Positions 7,423 through 17,686 of a DNA stretch of 64,000 bases are shown here, in pieces; positions within the stretch are counted from its first letter, which is position 1, and every line of letters starts with the position of its first letter. The stretch spans positions 2,433 to 66,432 of the forward strand of contig CBFHYO010000019.1 of the NCBI GenBank assembly GCA_965660075.1, given 5' to 3'. The notes under the pieces are model-generated. The model was not told the DNA's origin, searched no databases, and worked only from the letters and a program-made list of their open reading frames with translations. This DNA is from Patescibacteria group bacterium (GTDB taxonomy: Bacteria; Patescibacteriota; Gracilibacteria; UBA1369; GCA-2718715). Position numbers and translations under genes: made by a program.

Positions 7423-9519
7423 CTGATCATAATCTTTGACCGCCAAACTAACTAACTTGAGGGTTTTAGTCGAGTCGCTAGATTCGCGCAGCGAAACATC
7501 TAAAATGTTAACACCAAAACTGGAAATCACTTCTACTACATCTTTTAATAATCCAACTCGATCACGAATTTCGATAGACAAATCAACTACATATAAATCA
7601 GATTCTTGAGCATCTTTCCATTCTAGTTTAATTTTACGCTCCTCATCGGCATTCTGAAAAACTTTACACTTTAGATTATGAATACTAACTCCAGAACCGC
7701 GTGTTACAAAACCCCCAATAGGATTAGGAGATTCATAGACGCAACAATTAGTAAGCTTAATTGGAAAACTAATTGGCTGCCCTTCAATTAAAATATCTTT
7801 TGAAATATCAGATGATTTTTTATCACGACGAGATTGGTTTTTTCTAGGCTTCATAATTGAATCCATCGGATAGATTTCTTTGATTAAATTTTTAACCCCA
7901 ATCTTACCAGTAGCAACCTCTTCAACCAAGGTGTATCTTTGTTTTTGATTTAATGTATCTCCTCTGTAAGATTTTAAAATCAATAAATCAGAATCTAAAA
8001 CAGGTTTACCAATAGATTCTAAATATCTATTAATTAAATCTCTCCCCTCTTTAAATGTCTTATCAGGATCTGCATTTCTTAAATAAGATTTAATTTTAGA
8101 TTTCGCCTCAGAAGTTACAACAAAACTTAACCAATACTGATTTGGTTCCGCATCTTTTTTTGTAATTATTTCTACCACATCGCCACTTCGCAATTCGTAA
8201 TCTAACGGAACAACCGAATCATTAACCTTAGCCATAACACATTTATTGCCTACATCTGTATGTACAGCATAAGCAAAATCAATAGGTGTAGAAGACTCAG
8301 GCAAATCCTTTACATCTCCCTTAGGTGTCAAAATAAAAATTCTATCATTAAACATATCCATAGATAAGTTTTCTATGAATTCAGAGTTATTTTTAATACT
8401 ACTTTCGACATTTTTTAATTCATGGATCCAATCTAAACACTTTTCAGAATTATACATATCAGGATTCTCATGATATTTGTATAACCAGTGAGCCGCAGCA
8501 CCAAATTCTGCTTGTTTATGCATACTTTCGGTACGAATCTGAATTTCCACTGGACGATTAAATTCTGCAAAGCCAAGACCAACTACCGTTGTGTGCAATG
8601 ATCGATATCCATTAGGTTTACTTACAGCCACATAATCTTTAAATCTATTGGCCAGTGGACTCCAAGTAGAATGAATTTCACCAAGGATTTGATACAACTG
8701 ATCACTAAAATCATCAGGAACTATAACACGAATAGCATAAATATCATACAAGTCTGAAACTAAACTCTGTCCCTTTTTTTTAAGTTTCTTAAAAATACTA
8801 TAATGGTTTTTAAGTCTAGAAGTTACACGACAATTATACCCTCTTTTATGAAGAAATTTTGTAAGCGTATCCTTTTCTTTATTTATAAAATTTGTATTTT
8901 GCTGAGTATAATATTCTAACTGCTCGTGAATCAGTTTGTACATATCAGTATTCAAAAACTTAAAACACAAGTCTTCTAATTCAGCTTTAATTTTATAAAT
9001 ACCCATCCTAGAGGCAATTGGAACATATATATTTAAGGTCTCTTGGGCAATTCTTTTTTGCTTTTCGGGTCTCACATAACCCAATGTTTCCATATTATGC
9101 CACCTATCACACAGTTTTATATAAATAACCCTCAAATCAGAAGCCATAGATAAAAACATCTTCCGCAAATTCTCAACTTCTGGCTCATCTACACGGGAAC
9201 GAACTTGAGATAATTTTTCCATGCCACGAACTAAGGATCTAACACCTGGACCAAATACGTTTTCAATATCATCTAAGGTTCTATCTGTATCTTCACTCAC
9301 ATCATGTAACAGGGCAGCAATCACAGTATCTTCATCAGGATGAAAATCTAATATTCTAATAGCAACCTCCAATGGATGAATGATATACGGATCACCAGAG
9401 AATCTTTTTTGACCTTCATGCGCCTGGTTTGCAAATTCAAATGCTAATTTAATTCGAGAAATATCAAAATCAAAACCAAGCTTATTGATTTTATTAATTA
9501 AATTTTTACAGCTTATCAT
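7357..9519 (-). CDS. rel: Bifunctional (p)ppGpp synthetase/hydrolase (RelA/SpoT homologue)
   Basis: 720 aa. HD hydrolase motifs (HEGQKRFSGDPYIIHPLEVA, LLHDVSEDT), synthetase motif (GYRSLHTTV), a TGS-like segment and a C-terminal ACT-like segment. Confidence 0.9.
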   Translation of the reverse strand: MISCKNLINKINKLGFDFDISRIKLAFEFANQAHEGQKRFSGDPYIIHPLEVAIRILDFHPDEDTVIAALLHDVSEDTDRTLDDIENVFGPGVRSLVRGMEKLSQVRSRVDEPEVENLRKMFLSMASDLRVIYIKLCDRWHNMETLGYVRPEKQKRIAQETLNIYVPIASRMGIYKIKAELEDLCFKFLNTDMYKLIHEQLEYYTQQNTNFINKEKDTLTKFLHKRGYNCRVTSRLKNHYSIFKKLKKKGQSLVSDLYDIYAIRVIVPDDFSDQLYQILGEIHSTWSPLANRFKDYVAVSKPNGYRSLHTTVVGLGFAEFNRPVEIQIRTESMHKQAEFGAAAHWLYKYHENPDMYNSEKCLDWIHELKNVESSIKNNSEFIENLSMDMFNDRIFILTPKGDVKDLPESSTPIDFAYAVHTDVGNKCVMAKVNDSVVPLDYELRSGDVVEIITKKDAEPNQYWLSFVVTSEAKSKIKSYLRNADPDKTFKEGRDLINRYLESIGKPVLDSDLLILKSYRGDTLNQKQRYTLVEEVATGKIGVKNLIKEIYPMDSIMKPRKNQSRRDKKSSDISKDILIEGQPISFPIKLTNCCVYESPNPIGGFVTRGSGVSIHNLKCKVFQNADEERKIKLEWKDAQESDLYVVDLSIEIRDRVGLLKDVVEVISSFGVNILDVSLRESSDSTKTLKLVSLAVKDYDQLVSLIMKLNAIENVVKVSKVN

Positions 9520-9521
9520 AG

Positions 9522-10454
9522 CTAGCGAGTTATCAAATTCAGATCAACACCTTGAACCTCAACAACCTTAAGTCCACTCAAGAGTGCATCTTTATTTAAT
9601 TTTACAGCTTCTAACTTAGAATTCAATGCATTAAGGTTTTGGGAAATTCTAGCAAAAATAGCTTCACGAGCTTTGAGCTCAGAAGTTAAATTATTTTTCT
9701 TTGTAGAAAGATTTTGAAAAACATTGAGTGAAGTATCTATATTAGCATCATTTAGGTCTTGAACATTATTAAAGAAATTCTTTTCCGATTGATCCAACTC
9801 GACCACAGCCTGATTTACAGCTTGAGTAAAATACTCAATCTCTTTAGTTAAAGAATTAACATTTAATTTTAAATCGATTAAAGAAGTTTCAAATTCATTT
9901 ACGTATTGAAAATATGCAGTTTCACGATCCGATGAGGAATCTAAGAAAGAAGCAATGTTAATATTGTAAACATTCTTCATCCTCTGATAAGATCTAATAT
10001 ATTTTGATAAATTAGAGGCAACGTTTTGAGATTCATGAATTTCGAAAATCAAAGGTAAAGATTTAGAAAAGACTTTAACGTCAGTATTGGTAGTAATAAC
10101 ACTGGTTGCAGCAGATGGAATTGTTTGGATTGAAGAATCTTCACTATTTTCAGTAGAATTTGTGGTGTTTGTGGAAGGTTCAACAACAACCACAGGATTT
10201 TTAACAATAGAATCAGAAGATGGAAAGAAAATATTAAAAACCCTAATAGATCCCCAAATAAATATTCCTATTAATAAAAGAAAAACAACAATATACTTTA
10301 TGATTTCAAAAGGAGTTATTCCTAGTTCCTCAAAAACACTTTCTTCTTCTGCAGATGGTTCAACAACAACTTCTTCTACATCTTCTAGGAGCTCAGAAAC
10401 TTTATCGGATGTTTCTGTAAGATTTGGAACTGATTGAAAATCTTGTTCAGACAT
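9522..10454 (-). CDS. Hypothetical single-pass membrane protein with coiled-coil ectodomain
   Basis: 310 aa. Acidic N-terminus, one TM (IIKYIVVFLLLIGIFIWGSI) and a heptad-like Asn/Leu-rich C-terminal half. It sits 2 nt upstream of rel. Confidence 0.5.
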   Translation of the reverse strand: MSEQDFQSVPNLTETSDKVSELLEDVEEVVVEPSAEEESVFEELGITPFEIIKYIVVFLLLIGIFIWGSIRVFNIFFPSSDSIVKNPVVVVEPSTNTTNSTENSEDSSIQTIPSAATSVITTNTDVKVFSKSLPLIFEIHESQNVASNLSKYIRSYQRMKNVYNINIASFLDSSSDRETAYFQYVNEFETSLIDLKLNVNSLTKEIEYFTQAVNQAVVELDQSEKNFFNNVQDLNDANIDTSLNVFQNLSTKKNNLTSELKAREAIFARISQNLNALNSKLEAVKLNKDALLSGLKVVEVQGVDLNLITR

Positions 10455-10469
10455 ATGTTTTTTTATTTT

Positions 10470-10498
10470 ATTATAACAAAAAAAAGCCCTGATATCAA
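10470..10498 (-). promoter_or_regulatory. Sigma70-type promoter candidate for the 310-aa ORF and rel operon, embedded in the rplY terminator
   Basis: The minus strand reads TTGATA-N17-TATAAT. The -10 hexamer ends 15 nt before the ATG at 10454, so the leader would be very short. Confidence 0.45.
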
Positions 10499-10510
10499 AT
10501 CAAGGCTTTT
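10477..10510 (-). terminator. Rho-independent terminator downstream of rplY
   Basis: Minus-strand RNA AGCCUUGAU-UUGAU-AUCAGGGCU forms 9 bp including one G-U pair, followed by a U8 run. Confidence 0.65.
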
Positions 10511-10524
10511 TAATAGAGTATTAA

Positions 10525-11133
10525 CTATGCAGCTTCTGTAGTTGAAGCAGCAGCTTCTGTAGTTGAAGCAGCAGCTTTCTTACCACCACGTTTAGGAGCT
10601 TTAGAAGCAACTACAGATTGAGAAGGACTTTCAACAAACTCAACGTTTGAAGGAGCTTGTAAATCTCTAATCTTGATAATAGAACCTAGTTCCACAAGTG
10701 GAGAAAGATCTACTTCTAAGTTTTCTGGTAAATCTTTAAGTGCACAATGTACAACAACTTTTTCTTTATATTGTTCCAAAACACCACCAAGGTTTTTAAC
10801 AGCTAGTGATTGACCAACAAACTTAATTGGTAGGTTGAATTTCATAATAGAAGTTTCAGCTGGAATAAATAAATCATAATGCATGATTTGATCTGCAATA
10901 TAATCAACTTTAACATCTCTTAATAAAGCAGTATGTGACTTACCATTTAAGTCAAAATCAATTTGTAAATTTTCATTATTTAAATTGAAAGCTTTACGTA
11001 ATGCTTGATGATCAACAGCAACTTTAACGTTTTCTAATCCAGGACCATATAATACACCTGGAACCATTGATTCTGAACGTGTAGTAGTTGCATCTGACTC
11101 ACGAACTTGAATATCTAATTTAACACTTTTCAT
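10525..11133 (-). CDS. rplY: 50S ribosomal protein L25/general stress protein Ctc
   Basis: 202 aa. VPGVLYGPG...VAVDHQALRKAF is the typical L25/Ctc N-domain. The C-terminal Ala/Ser/Thr tail carries a tandem repeat. Confidence 0.85.
   Translation of the reverse strand: MKSVKLDIQVRESDATTTRSESMVPGVLYGPGLENVKVAVDHQALRKAFNLNNENLQIDFDLNGKSHTALLRDVKVDYIADQIMHYDLFIPAETSIMKFNLPIKFVGQSLAVKNLGGVLEQYKEKVVVHCALKDLPENLEVDLSPLVELGSIIKIRDLQAPSNVEFVESPSQSVVASKAPKRGGKKAAASTTEAAASTTEAA
10529..10577. repeat. 21-nt tandem duplication (about 2.3 copies) inside the rplY 3' end
   Basis: gcagcttctgtagttgaagca occurs at 10529-10549 and again at 10550-10570, then a partial copy follows. It encodes AAASTTE AAASTTE AA. 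Confidence 0.8.
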
Positions 11134-11188
11134 ATCTATAAATTTAGGAATGGCATTTAAAAGTAGACTAAGACTACAAGAACATTAC

Positions 11189-11217
11189 TTGAAAAGCAAG
11201 AGAAATTTTAATAAAAT
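11189..11217 (+). promoter_or_regulatory. Sigma70-type promoter candidate for ybaB-mltG
   Basis: TTGAAA-N17-TAAAAT, with the -10 ending 28 nt before the ATG at 11246. Confidence 0.45.
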
Positions 11218-11245
11218 ACCCTCGTATTACATTTAACAAGCAAAA

Positions 11246-11545
11246 ATGAACGCTTTTGGAAACATTAAAAAATTAATGGAATTAAAAAAACAAGCTAAAA
11301 AAATTCAAGGTGAACTAAAAAAAGTAATCATCGAAGCCGAGGAAGGTAACGTGATGATCAAATTCAATGCAGAACAACAACCACAATCAGTAGAACTCAA
11401 CTTAGAATCACTAGACCCTAAAGTTAAAGCAGAATTAGAATCAAACATTCTCAAAGCAATAAGCAAAGGAATCAAAAAATCTCAAGAAGTTGCTGCAGAA
11501 AATATGAAAGGGATTCTTGGTGATTTAACTGCAGGTCTTCAATAA
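11246..11545 (+). CDS. ybaB: Nucleoid-associated protein YbaB/EbfC
   Basis: 99 aa. The KKLMELKKQAKKIQGEL... pattern and length are typical of the family. Confidence 0.8.
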   Translation: MNAFGNIKKLMELKKQAKKIQGELKKVIIEAEEGNVMIKFNAEQQPQSVELNLESLDPKVKAELESNILKAISKGIKKSQEVAAENMKGILGDLTAGLQ

Positions 11546-12531
11546 TGCGTTACAATCATAGTTATAAAAGACGTAAATCAAATAAAAGTGGTAAATTAAT
11601 TTTTACCATTTTTATTTGTTTCATAATCTTTATATTAATTAAACCAGACAATCAAACATCCAAAGAGGTGCAAATCAGCATCCCTAAAGGATCATCGGTA
11701 AACACAATTGCTACATTACTCAAAGAAAATGGAGTAATTAATTCAGAAATTGTGTTCAAAACATATTTAAAATCAAAAGAAGCAGAAAACACTCTACTTG
11801 CTGGTAATTTTGTTCTCAAAACAGGTGACTCTCTAGAAAACATTGTTAAAACTCTACAAACCTATCAATCTAATACTGTAAAAGTAACGATACCAGAAGG
11901 GTTAAAAACCAAAGAAATACAAAGTCTTGTAGATAATCAATGTTTAACAAATTGTGAGTATATTCACCCTGTATTTAGACTAAAATCATTAGAAAATCTT
12001 ACAAATTATGAAGGCTTACTATTTCCCGATACATATTATCTAGATGCTAACTCTCAAAACAAAACACAGCTACTAAATGCAATGCTTGATAATTTTTTAA
12101 AAAAGCTACCTTTGGATTATCAAGACAAACTTAAAAAATTACCAAAAACTGATTTATATTCAACTATTATTGTTGCCTCATTAATTGAAAAAGAAGTAAG
12201 ATCTGATAAAGATAAAAAACTAGTATCAGGAATTATCTGGAAAAGATTCGATAATGACTGGAGCCTTGGAATCGACGCTGCATTGCTTTACCTAAAAGAT
12301 AACAATGTAATAACATATGCTGATTTACAAGATAACAACCCCTACAATTTAAGAAAATTTAAAGGACTTCCTCCAACACCAATTTGTAATCCAGGATTAA
12401 GCAGTATAGAAGCTGCCTTAAACCCAGAATATAGTGATTACTGGTTCTACCTATCAAAAAAATCAAATGGAGAAACAGTTTTTGCTAGAACAAATGCTGA
12501 ACACAACAACAACAAACAAAAATACCTATAA
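11545..12531 (+). CDS. mltG: Endolytic murein transglycosylase MltG (YceG-like)
   Basis: 328 aa. N-terminal TM plus the signature NPYNLRKFKGLPPTPICNPGLSSIEAALNP. Confidence 0.85.
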   Translation: MRYNHSYKRRKSNKSGKLIFTIFICFIIFILIKPDNQTSKEVQISIPKGSSVNTIATLLKENGVINSEIVFKTYLKSKEAENTLLAGNFVLKTGDSLENIVKTLQTYQSNTVKVTIPEGLKTKEIQSLVDNQCLTNCEYIHPVFRLKSLENLTNYEGLLFPDTYYLDANSQNKTQLLNAMLDNFLKKLPLDYQDKLKKLPKTDLYSTIIVASLIEKEVRSDKDKKLVSGIIWKRFDNDWSLGIDAALLYLKDNNVITYADLQDNNPYNLRKFKGLPPTPICNPGLSSIEAALNPEYSDYWFYLSKKSNGETVFARTNAEHNNNKQKYL

Positions 12532-12560
12532 AAAAACCGGGAATCTCCCGGTTTTTTTTT
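12531..12560. terminator. Bidirectional rho-independent terminator between mltG (+) and the 523-aa ORF (-)
   Basis: An A6 run, then stem CCGGGA-atc-TCCCGG (12537-12551), then a T9 run. The T run contains the stop codon of the minus-strand ORF. Confidence 0.7.
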
Positions 12561-14130
12561 ATGGCTTGTAGATAATATTCAAATTAAGAGTTTGGGTCTT
12601 AGAACCATCTGCATATTTACCATACACCTTCACTAAGTTATCACCTGGTTTAAGAGTGTTAAAACTTGGAGACATAATATAATGGAAAGATCCAGAATTA
12701 GGAGTGAATCGAGTCAATTTAAAATCATTCACATAAACAGATACCACATCCAAATCCACTGCACCTTGCAAAAACCCTCTATTAGAATCTAGGACAAAGT
12801 TATTTTGAAAACTAAGACCATTTATAGATTTAATTGCAATAGAAGAATCACTTACAACTTCTGATGTAGAAGGACTTGCAGGAGATGTAACTACAGACTC
12901 AACAGATTCAGTATTTTCATCCACAGTAGCTACAACAGTCACAGGTTTTTCTAACTGATAATCAAATTCTATAGTAGTCTTAGGACTCTCACTACCATCA
13001 GAAAAAATTGCCACCACATCGAACTTATTCATTCCAACGAGTAAATTTCCACGAGCAGGATCGTAAGACGCATAATACTTGAATTTGCCAGATTCAGGCT
13101 TAAATTCTTTTAAAATATATGGAACAGGTTCAGACTCATCATAAGAAATAACCATTACTTGAGCAGTATTTGGAGGAACAGTTCCTTCGATAACTACCCT
13201 ATCACCAGTTTGTACTTCACTTGAAACAGGCAAAGAAACAACAGGTTGTATATTTGGATCTATTGTCACTTCTGGCTCCTCTATCTCGACTTCTTGATCT
13301 AGGGAATCTTCTAATGAATCTTCGGGCATTAGAGATGCAATATATTCTAAATCAAAACTAGAAAATGGTTGATAAAGATTTTGTGAGTCCTGACTAACGT
13401 TCCATTTATACCAAGAACTCCGAATTAGGTTTGATTGTAATGTAGAAATAACCGAAGCAACTTGACGATTTTTAAACAAGTTATAACTATCGTTATCCAT
13501 TGTTAATTGCTTGCCTATATCCAACTTAATCTGATCTAAAACACTACCATTCGAATCATCATTAATACTTACTAATAAGTTACCAGAAAGAACACTTACC
13601 GATTCCGGCAGTGAGCTTTTTAAATTAAACGAAGCTAGATTAGAATCTACAGTCAAATAATTAGTTTTAATAGAAATAGATGGCGAGTCTAATGGAGAAA
13701 ATTTATTAGAAACCCAAACCTGACCACTATCTAAATTAAATTCCAAAACATCATCCGATTGATTTAGAACAAATTTAGAAGAAGGTGCCAAACGGAAAGT
13801 AAGATCGGAATTTAAACTAACAATTGCAGAAGAATCACTAGATGTGAGTATAGAGTAACCCTGCTTTACTTCGAAAGGAACCTCGACATTGTCGATGGAT
13901 TCATTTTTAGAATCAAGAACTCTAATATTACCATCTATTTTACTTAACATTAATCCAGAATTAGTTACAGCTTCTGGAGTTGTATCATCTGAACCCGAAA
14001 AAAAAGAAAATAATAATAAAAAGCCAAGACCAAATACCAAATAAGAATTAAAATTTTTCTTTGGCGCAGGTTTCTGTTGACGATTATAGGAATTGAATTT
14101 TGGGGTGGGACGATAATATAAGTTCTTCAT
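12559..14130 (-). CDS. Hypothetical membrane-anchored protein with a FecR-like segment and beta-rich C-terminal repeats
   Basis: 523 aa. TM YLVFGLGFLLLFSFF. A FecR-like stretch (GNIRVLD...GYSILTSSDSSAIVSLNSDLTFRLAPSSKFVL...GQVWVS). Its start is 1 nt after the dnaA stop. Confidence 0.5.
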   Translation of the reverse strand: MKNLYYRPTPKFNSYNRQQKPAPKKNFNSYLVFGLGFLLLFSFFSGSDDTTPEAVTNSGLMLSKIDGNIRVLDSKNESIDNVEVPFEVKQGYSILTSSDSSAIVSLNSDLTFRLAPSSKFVLNQSDDVLEFNLDSGQVWVSNKFSPLDSPSISIKTNYLTVDSNLASFNLKSSLPESVSVLSGNLLVSINDDSNGSVLDQIKLDIGKQLTMDNDSYNLFKNRQVASVISTLQSNLIRSSWYKWNVSQDSQNLYQPFSSFDLEYIASLMPEDSLEDSLDQEVEIEEPEVTIDPNIQPVVSLPVSSEVQTGDRVVIEGTVPPNTAQVMVISYDESEPVPYILKEFKPESGKFKYYASYDPARGNLLVGMNKFDVVAIFSDGSESPKTTIEFDYQLEKPVTVVATVDENTESVESVVTSPASPSTSEVVSDSSIAIKSINGLSFQNNFVLDSNRGFLQGAVDLDVVSVYVNDFKLTRFTPNSGSFHYIMSPSFNTLKPGDNLVKVYGKYADGSKTQTLNLNIIYKP

Positions 14131-14131
14131 A

Positions 14132-15604
14132 TTATAAACCGATTAATTTACGAATTTCATTTGTATTTTGGAGGAGTTTGTGGTCTTTTCTGAGTTGTTT
14201 TTTAACTTTGTTAAATGCATGCATAGCAGTTGTGTGATTACGGCCGCCAAGTAAAGTACCAATTTTTTCAAATGAATAATTGTAATCATTACGAAGCACA
14301 TAAATACAAATCTGACGAGGAATCATGATATCACGAGAACGCTTAGCCCCTACTATATCAGATCTGGTCAAATTAAAATAATCAGCAACAAAATCTATAA
14401 CCTCATCTGGAGACTGAACAAAGTCACGACGATTCTCTTGAACCATTTGATAATTAGTTGAAGGCGCTAATTTACCTAGTTTTGTAAGTAACTTACTAAC
14501 GGATTGTATACTTGGCAAAACACCTTCTAATTGAGATTGTGCAACAACTTGTACTAAAACACCCTCAAGTTCACGAATTGAGGAATGAACATTAGAAGCA
14601 ATAAACTCTAAAACATCAGACGGAATTAAAACTTCTAAGTCAGCAGCTTTCTTAAGCAAAATCGCTAGACAAGTTTCATAGTCAGGGAAAGTTACATCTA
14701 CAATCATACCCATTTCGAAACGAGAAACCAATCTACTCTCAACCCCACTTAAATCTTTAGGTGGTTTGTCAGAACTAATAATAATTTGCTTATTGGCGTG
14801 ATATAACTCGTTAAATGTATGGAAAAACTCTTCTTGTGTTCTCCCCTTACCTGCTAAAAATTGAATATCATCAATAATCAAACAGTCAACATTTCTATAT
14901 TTATTTCTAAAGGCACGAACACTATTTTTTTTAATACTTTCAACAATTTCATTAGTAAATTTTTCAGCTGTTACATATGCCACATAGTTAGATGTTGGAC
15001 GCTGACAAATAGCGTTACCAGTCGCTTGCAACAAGTGTGTCTTACCCAGACCTACATCACCATAAATAAACAAAGGGTTATAAGCCATACCAGGCTTTTT
15101 AGCTACAGCACAACAAGCAGCATGCGCTAAACGACTATTTGAACCCACTACAAAACTATCAAGAGAATATTTAGGATTTAAAGTAATATTTACAGTTCTA
15201 GTCTGACTAGTTGAAGGAGTAGGGACAACTACATGATTAGAATTTAATGCCTGAGAACTAACCTTCTGTTGATTGGCAACTACTGTAGATACTTTTCTTG
15301 GCTTACGAGCAGCTTGATTAAAAAAAGTACGCAAATCAACTCCACCTTCGTTCACTAACGATGAGTCAGTTTTAAAATTTACATTCACAGGTAAATTTAA
15401 TTCTTTTAATGAGTCACGAATAAAATTAACATATTTCTTCTTAAACCACTCCTCTGCAAAAATACTTGGAAGACCAATGGTCACTGTATTGTCATCTAAA
15501 GCTACTATATTAGTATCTTGAAACCACACTAAGAAATCAGTCTTTTTAATTTTACTGGATAGTGAACTTAAGACACTTTTCCAGGTATCTGTGTGTACAG
15601 TCAT
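14132..15604 (-). CDS. dnaA: Chromosomal replication initiator DnaA
   Basis: 490 aa. Walker A GDVGLGKTHLL, IIDDIQFLAGKGRTQEEFFHTFN, and the C-terminal DNA-binding motif IMIPRQICIYVLR...GGRNHTTAMHA. Confidence 0.95.
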   Translation of the reverse strand: MTVHTDTWKSVLSSLSSKIKKTDFLVWFQDTNIVALDDNTVTIGLPSIFAEEWFKKKYVNFIRDSLKELNLPVNVNFKTDSSLVNEGGVDLRTFFNQAARKPRKVSTVVANQQKVSSQALNSNHVVVPTPSTSQTRTVNITLNPKYSLDSFVVGSNSRLAHAACCAVAKKPGMAYNPLFIYGDVGLGKTHLLQATGNAICQRPTSNYVAYVTAEKFTNEIVESIKKNSVRAFRNKYRNVDCLIIDDIQFLAGKGRTQEEFFHTFNELYHANKQIIISSDKPPKDLSGVESRLVSRFEMGMIVDVTFPDYETCLAILLKKAADLEVLIPSDVLEFIASNVHSSIRELEGVLVQVVAQSQLEGVLPSIQSVSKLLTKLGKLAPSTNYQMVQENRRDFVQSPDEVIDFVADYFNLTRSDIVGAKRSRDIMIPRQICIYVLRNDYNYSFEKIGTLLGGRNHTTAMHAFNKVKKQLRKDHKLLQNTNEIRKLIGL

Positions 15605-15606
15605 AT

Positions 15607-17112
15607 CTACAACCTAATAATATCAAATATTGAAATAATTATAATCAAAAATAATAAAATAATAAATCCAATTCCATGAATTAATGCTTCGTATTTTGGA
15701 TTTAATGGTCTAGCTCTAAAAGCTTCTATTATTACAAACAACAATCTACCACCATCAAGCGCCGGAAAAGGTAGAATATTAACAACAGCTAGTGTCAAAG
15801 AAATCATTGCTATAAAACTCAAAAGAGCCGTGCCTCCAATCCCAACAAATTCATATCCTGTTTGAAAAACCTTAATCGGTCCACCAACTTGCTCTGATAC
15901 AGTAAAGCTAGAAAAAATACCCGCAAAGGTTCCAACAATAGATTTAGCAGACAAAACAGCAACATCTGAACCTATTTGCAAAGCTTTAAATGGAGCTACA
16001 TACCAAGAATATTTTTCGATCGGTTTATTTACAAGACTAAAATCACTCATTGTAAAAGTATAATCGAAATCTAGACCAGCAGACTTATAAACAGGCTGTA
16101 AATAAACTCCAATAGCACCATTCTCGTCGGGTGTGATTTGATAAGTTTTCATAACACCATCAACTAAAAAAGTATAAGTTAAGAAACTTTCATTAGAGGA
16201 GCTTAATTCTTCTAAAGCTAAGGCTGGGATATTTTCCGCGTTTGTAATTTTTTTAGAATTTATAGACACCAACTCACTGCCAACTGGCAAAAGAGCTTTA
16301 TCAGCTGGTGAACCTGCAACAACTTGCGATACTACAGATGATCTGACCGGCAAATTATACTCAACCATTTCCAAGTTAGAACCTCTGAGTACTTCAAAAA
16401 ATAAAGTAGATTCCTCACTTTTTAAAGTATAAAAATCTTGATCCGAAAAAACAATCTTGTCATTTACAGATAAAATCAAATCTCCTGATTTCATTGGAGC
16501 AAAATTTGAACTAACAACACTCATTGTAGGCAAACTAACTTTTGGGTATAAAGTATAGTCAGGTACAATCATATTTTCTGTAAACTCCTTAGGACCATTA
16601 ATATTCTCAAACGTAGTTATAGATTCATCTTTATAGATTACTGAATCAACTAGGTCTTTATCAGATGAAGTCTTAACCACCTCCCCATAAGTCAAGGTAG
16701 TTTGAGGTGAATTAATAAGCGATTGAAAATCCTGTTGATTTAAAACCAAAGGATCAGAACCAACAATTAAATTAATTGTAATTAAAATCCAGAACACTAA
16801 AAAATTCATCAACACACCAGCGCAAATAATCTTAGTTTTTTGCCAAGGAGTTTTTGATACAAAAGAAGTTTGATCATTTAAAAGTGTAGAATCCGACGAA
16901 TCTTCACCATGCAATCTGACAAAACCACCAAGTGGAAGCAATCCGAATTTGAACAAAGTGCCAAACTTTCTTTTAGAATAGATAAAAGGAGCGAAACCAA
17001 TCGCAAAATCATGAACCTTTACTCCATTTCTCTTGGCAACAATATAATGACCAAATTCGTGAATTAGGATTAGAAAAAAAACGATAAAAATTACAGCTAA
17101 AACTTTCAACAT
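15607..17112 (-). CDS. rseP: Site-2 (RIP) zinc metalloprotease RseP, M50 family
   Basis: 501 aa. HEFGHYIVA (HExxH) in TM1, PDZ-like middle segments, and the C-terminal ALDGGR motif. Confidence 0.85.
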   Translation of the reverse strand: MLKVLAVIFIVFFLILIHEFGHYIVAKRNGVKVHDFAIGFAPFIYSKRKFGTLFKFGLLPLGGFVRLHGEDSSDSTLLNDQTSFVSKTPWQKTKIICAGVLMNFLVFWILITINLIVGSDPLVLNQQDFQSLINSPQTTLTYGEVVKTSSDKDLVDSVIYKDESITTFENINGPKEFTENMIVPDYTLYPKVSLPTMSVVSSNFAPMKSGDLILSVNDKIVFSDQDFYTLKSEESTLFFEVLRGSNLEMVEYNLPVRSSVVSQVVAGSPADKALLPVGSELVSINSKKITNAENIPALALEELSSSNESFLTYTFLVDGVMKTYQITPDENGAIGVYLQPVYKSAGLDFDYTFTMSDFSLVNKPIEKYSWYVAPFKALQIGSDVAVLSAKSIVGTFAGIFSSFTVSEQVGGPIKVFQTGYEFVGIGGTALLSFIAMISLTLAVVNILPFPALDGGRLLFVIIEAFRARPLNPKYEALIHGIGFIILLFLIIIISIFDIIRL

Positions 17113-17672
17113 TAGACTTTCATTATTTCAGCCTCTTTGTTTTTTAAAGCTTCATCAATTTTTGAGTTTGCAGTATCTACTTCAGCTTGTAATTTTTTTT
17201 CTAAACCAGTTAAATCATCTTTTGTGATTTCACCAGCCGATTCCAACTCTTTAAATTTTTGTTGAGCTTTCTGACGAGCTTTACGAACAGAAACCTTAAC
17301 ATCTTCAGCTTGTGATTTTAATTGCTTACAGATTTGAACACGTCTTTCTTCGGTTAAAGGCGGAAAAACAATTAAAATTGTTTCACCCATATTGCTTGGA
17401 TTCAACCCTAGATTTGCAGCTTGAATACCAGACTCTATATCTTTAATAGTAGATCTATCAAAAGGTTTAATACTCAAGGTTTGAGCATCTGTAGGAGAAA
17501 TTACCGCTAGAGATTTTAGTGGCTGAGTCATACCATAAGCAGATATCTGAACATCCTCCAAAAGAGCCGGAGAAGCTTTTCCAGCTTGAACTTTAGAATA
17601 TTCTAACTTTTGAAAATCTAAAGATTTTTGAAAATCGTTTTTCACTTCATTTAAAACTGTTGTTGAATCCAT
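17112..17672 (-). CDS. frr: Ribosome recycling factor
   Basis: 186 aa. Typical Frr pattern (RAGKASPALLEDV-like, ...PPLTEERR...) and length. Confidence 0.9.
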   Translation of the reverse strand: MDSTTVLNEVKNDFQKSLDFQKLEYSKVQAGKASPALLEDVQISAYGMTQPLKSLAVISPTDAQTLSIKPFDRSTIKDIESGIQAANLGLNPSNMGETILIVFPPLTEERRVQICKQLKSQAEDVKVSVRKARQKAQQKFKELESAGEITKDDLTGLEKKLQAEVDTANSKIDEALKNKEAEIMKV

Positions 17673-17686
17673 AAAATTTAAATTAA

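Noticed and set aside
10087-10437. 116-aa plus-strand ORF
   Set aside because: It is antisense to the 310-aa membrane-protein ORF, which is translationally linked to rel. Its sequence is low-complexity Thr/Ser-rich.
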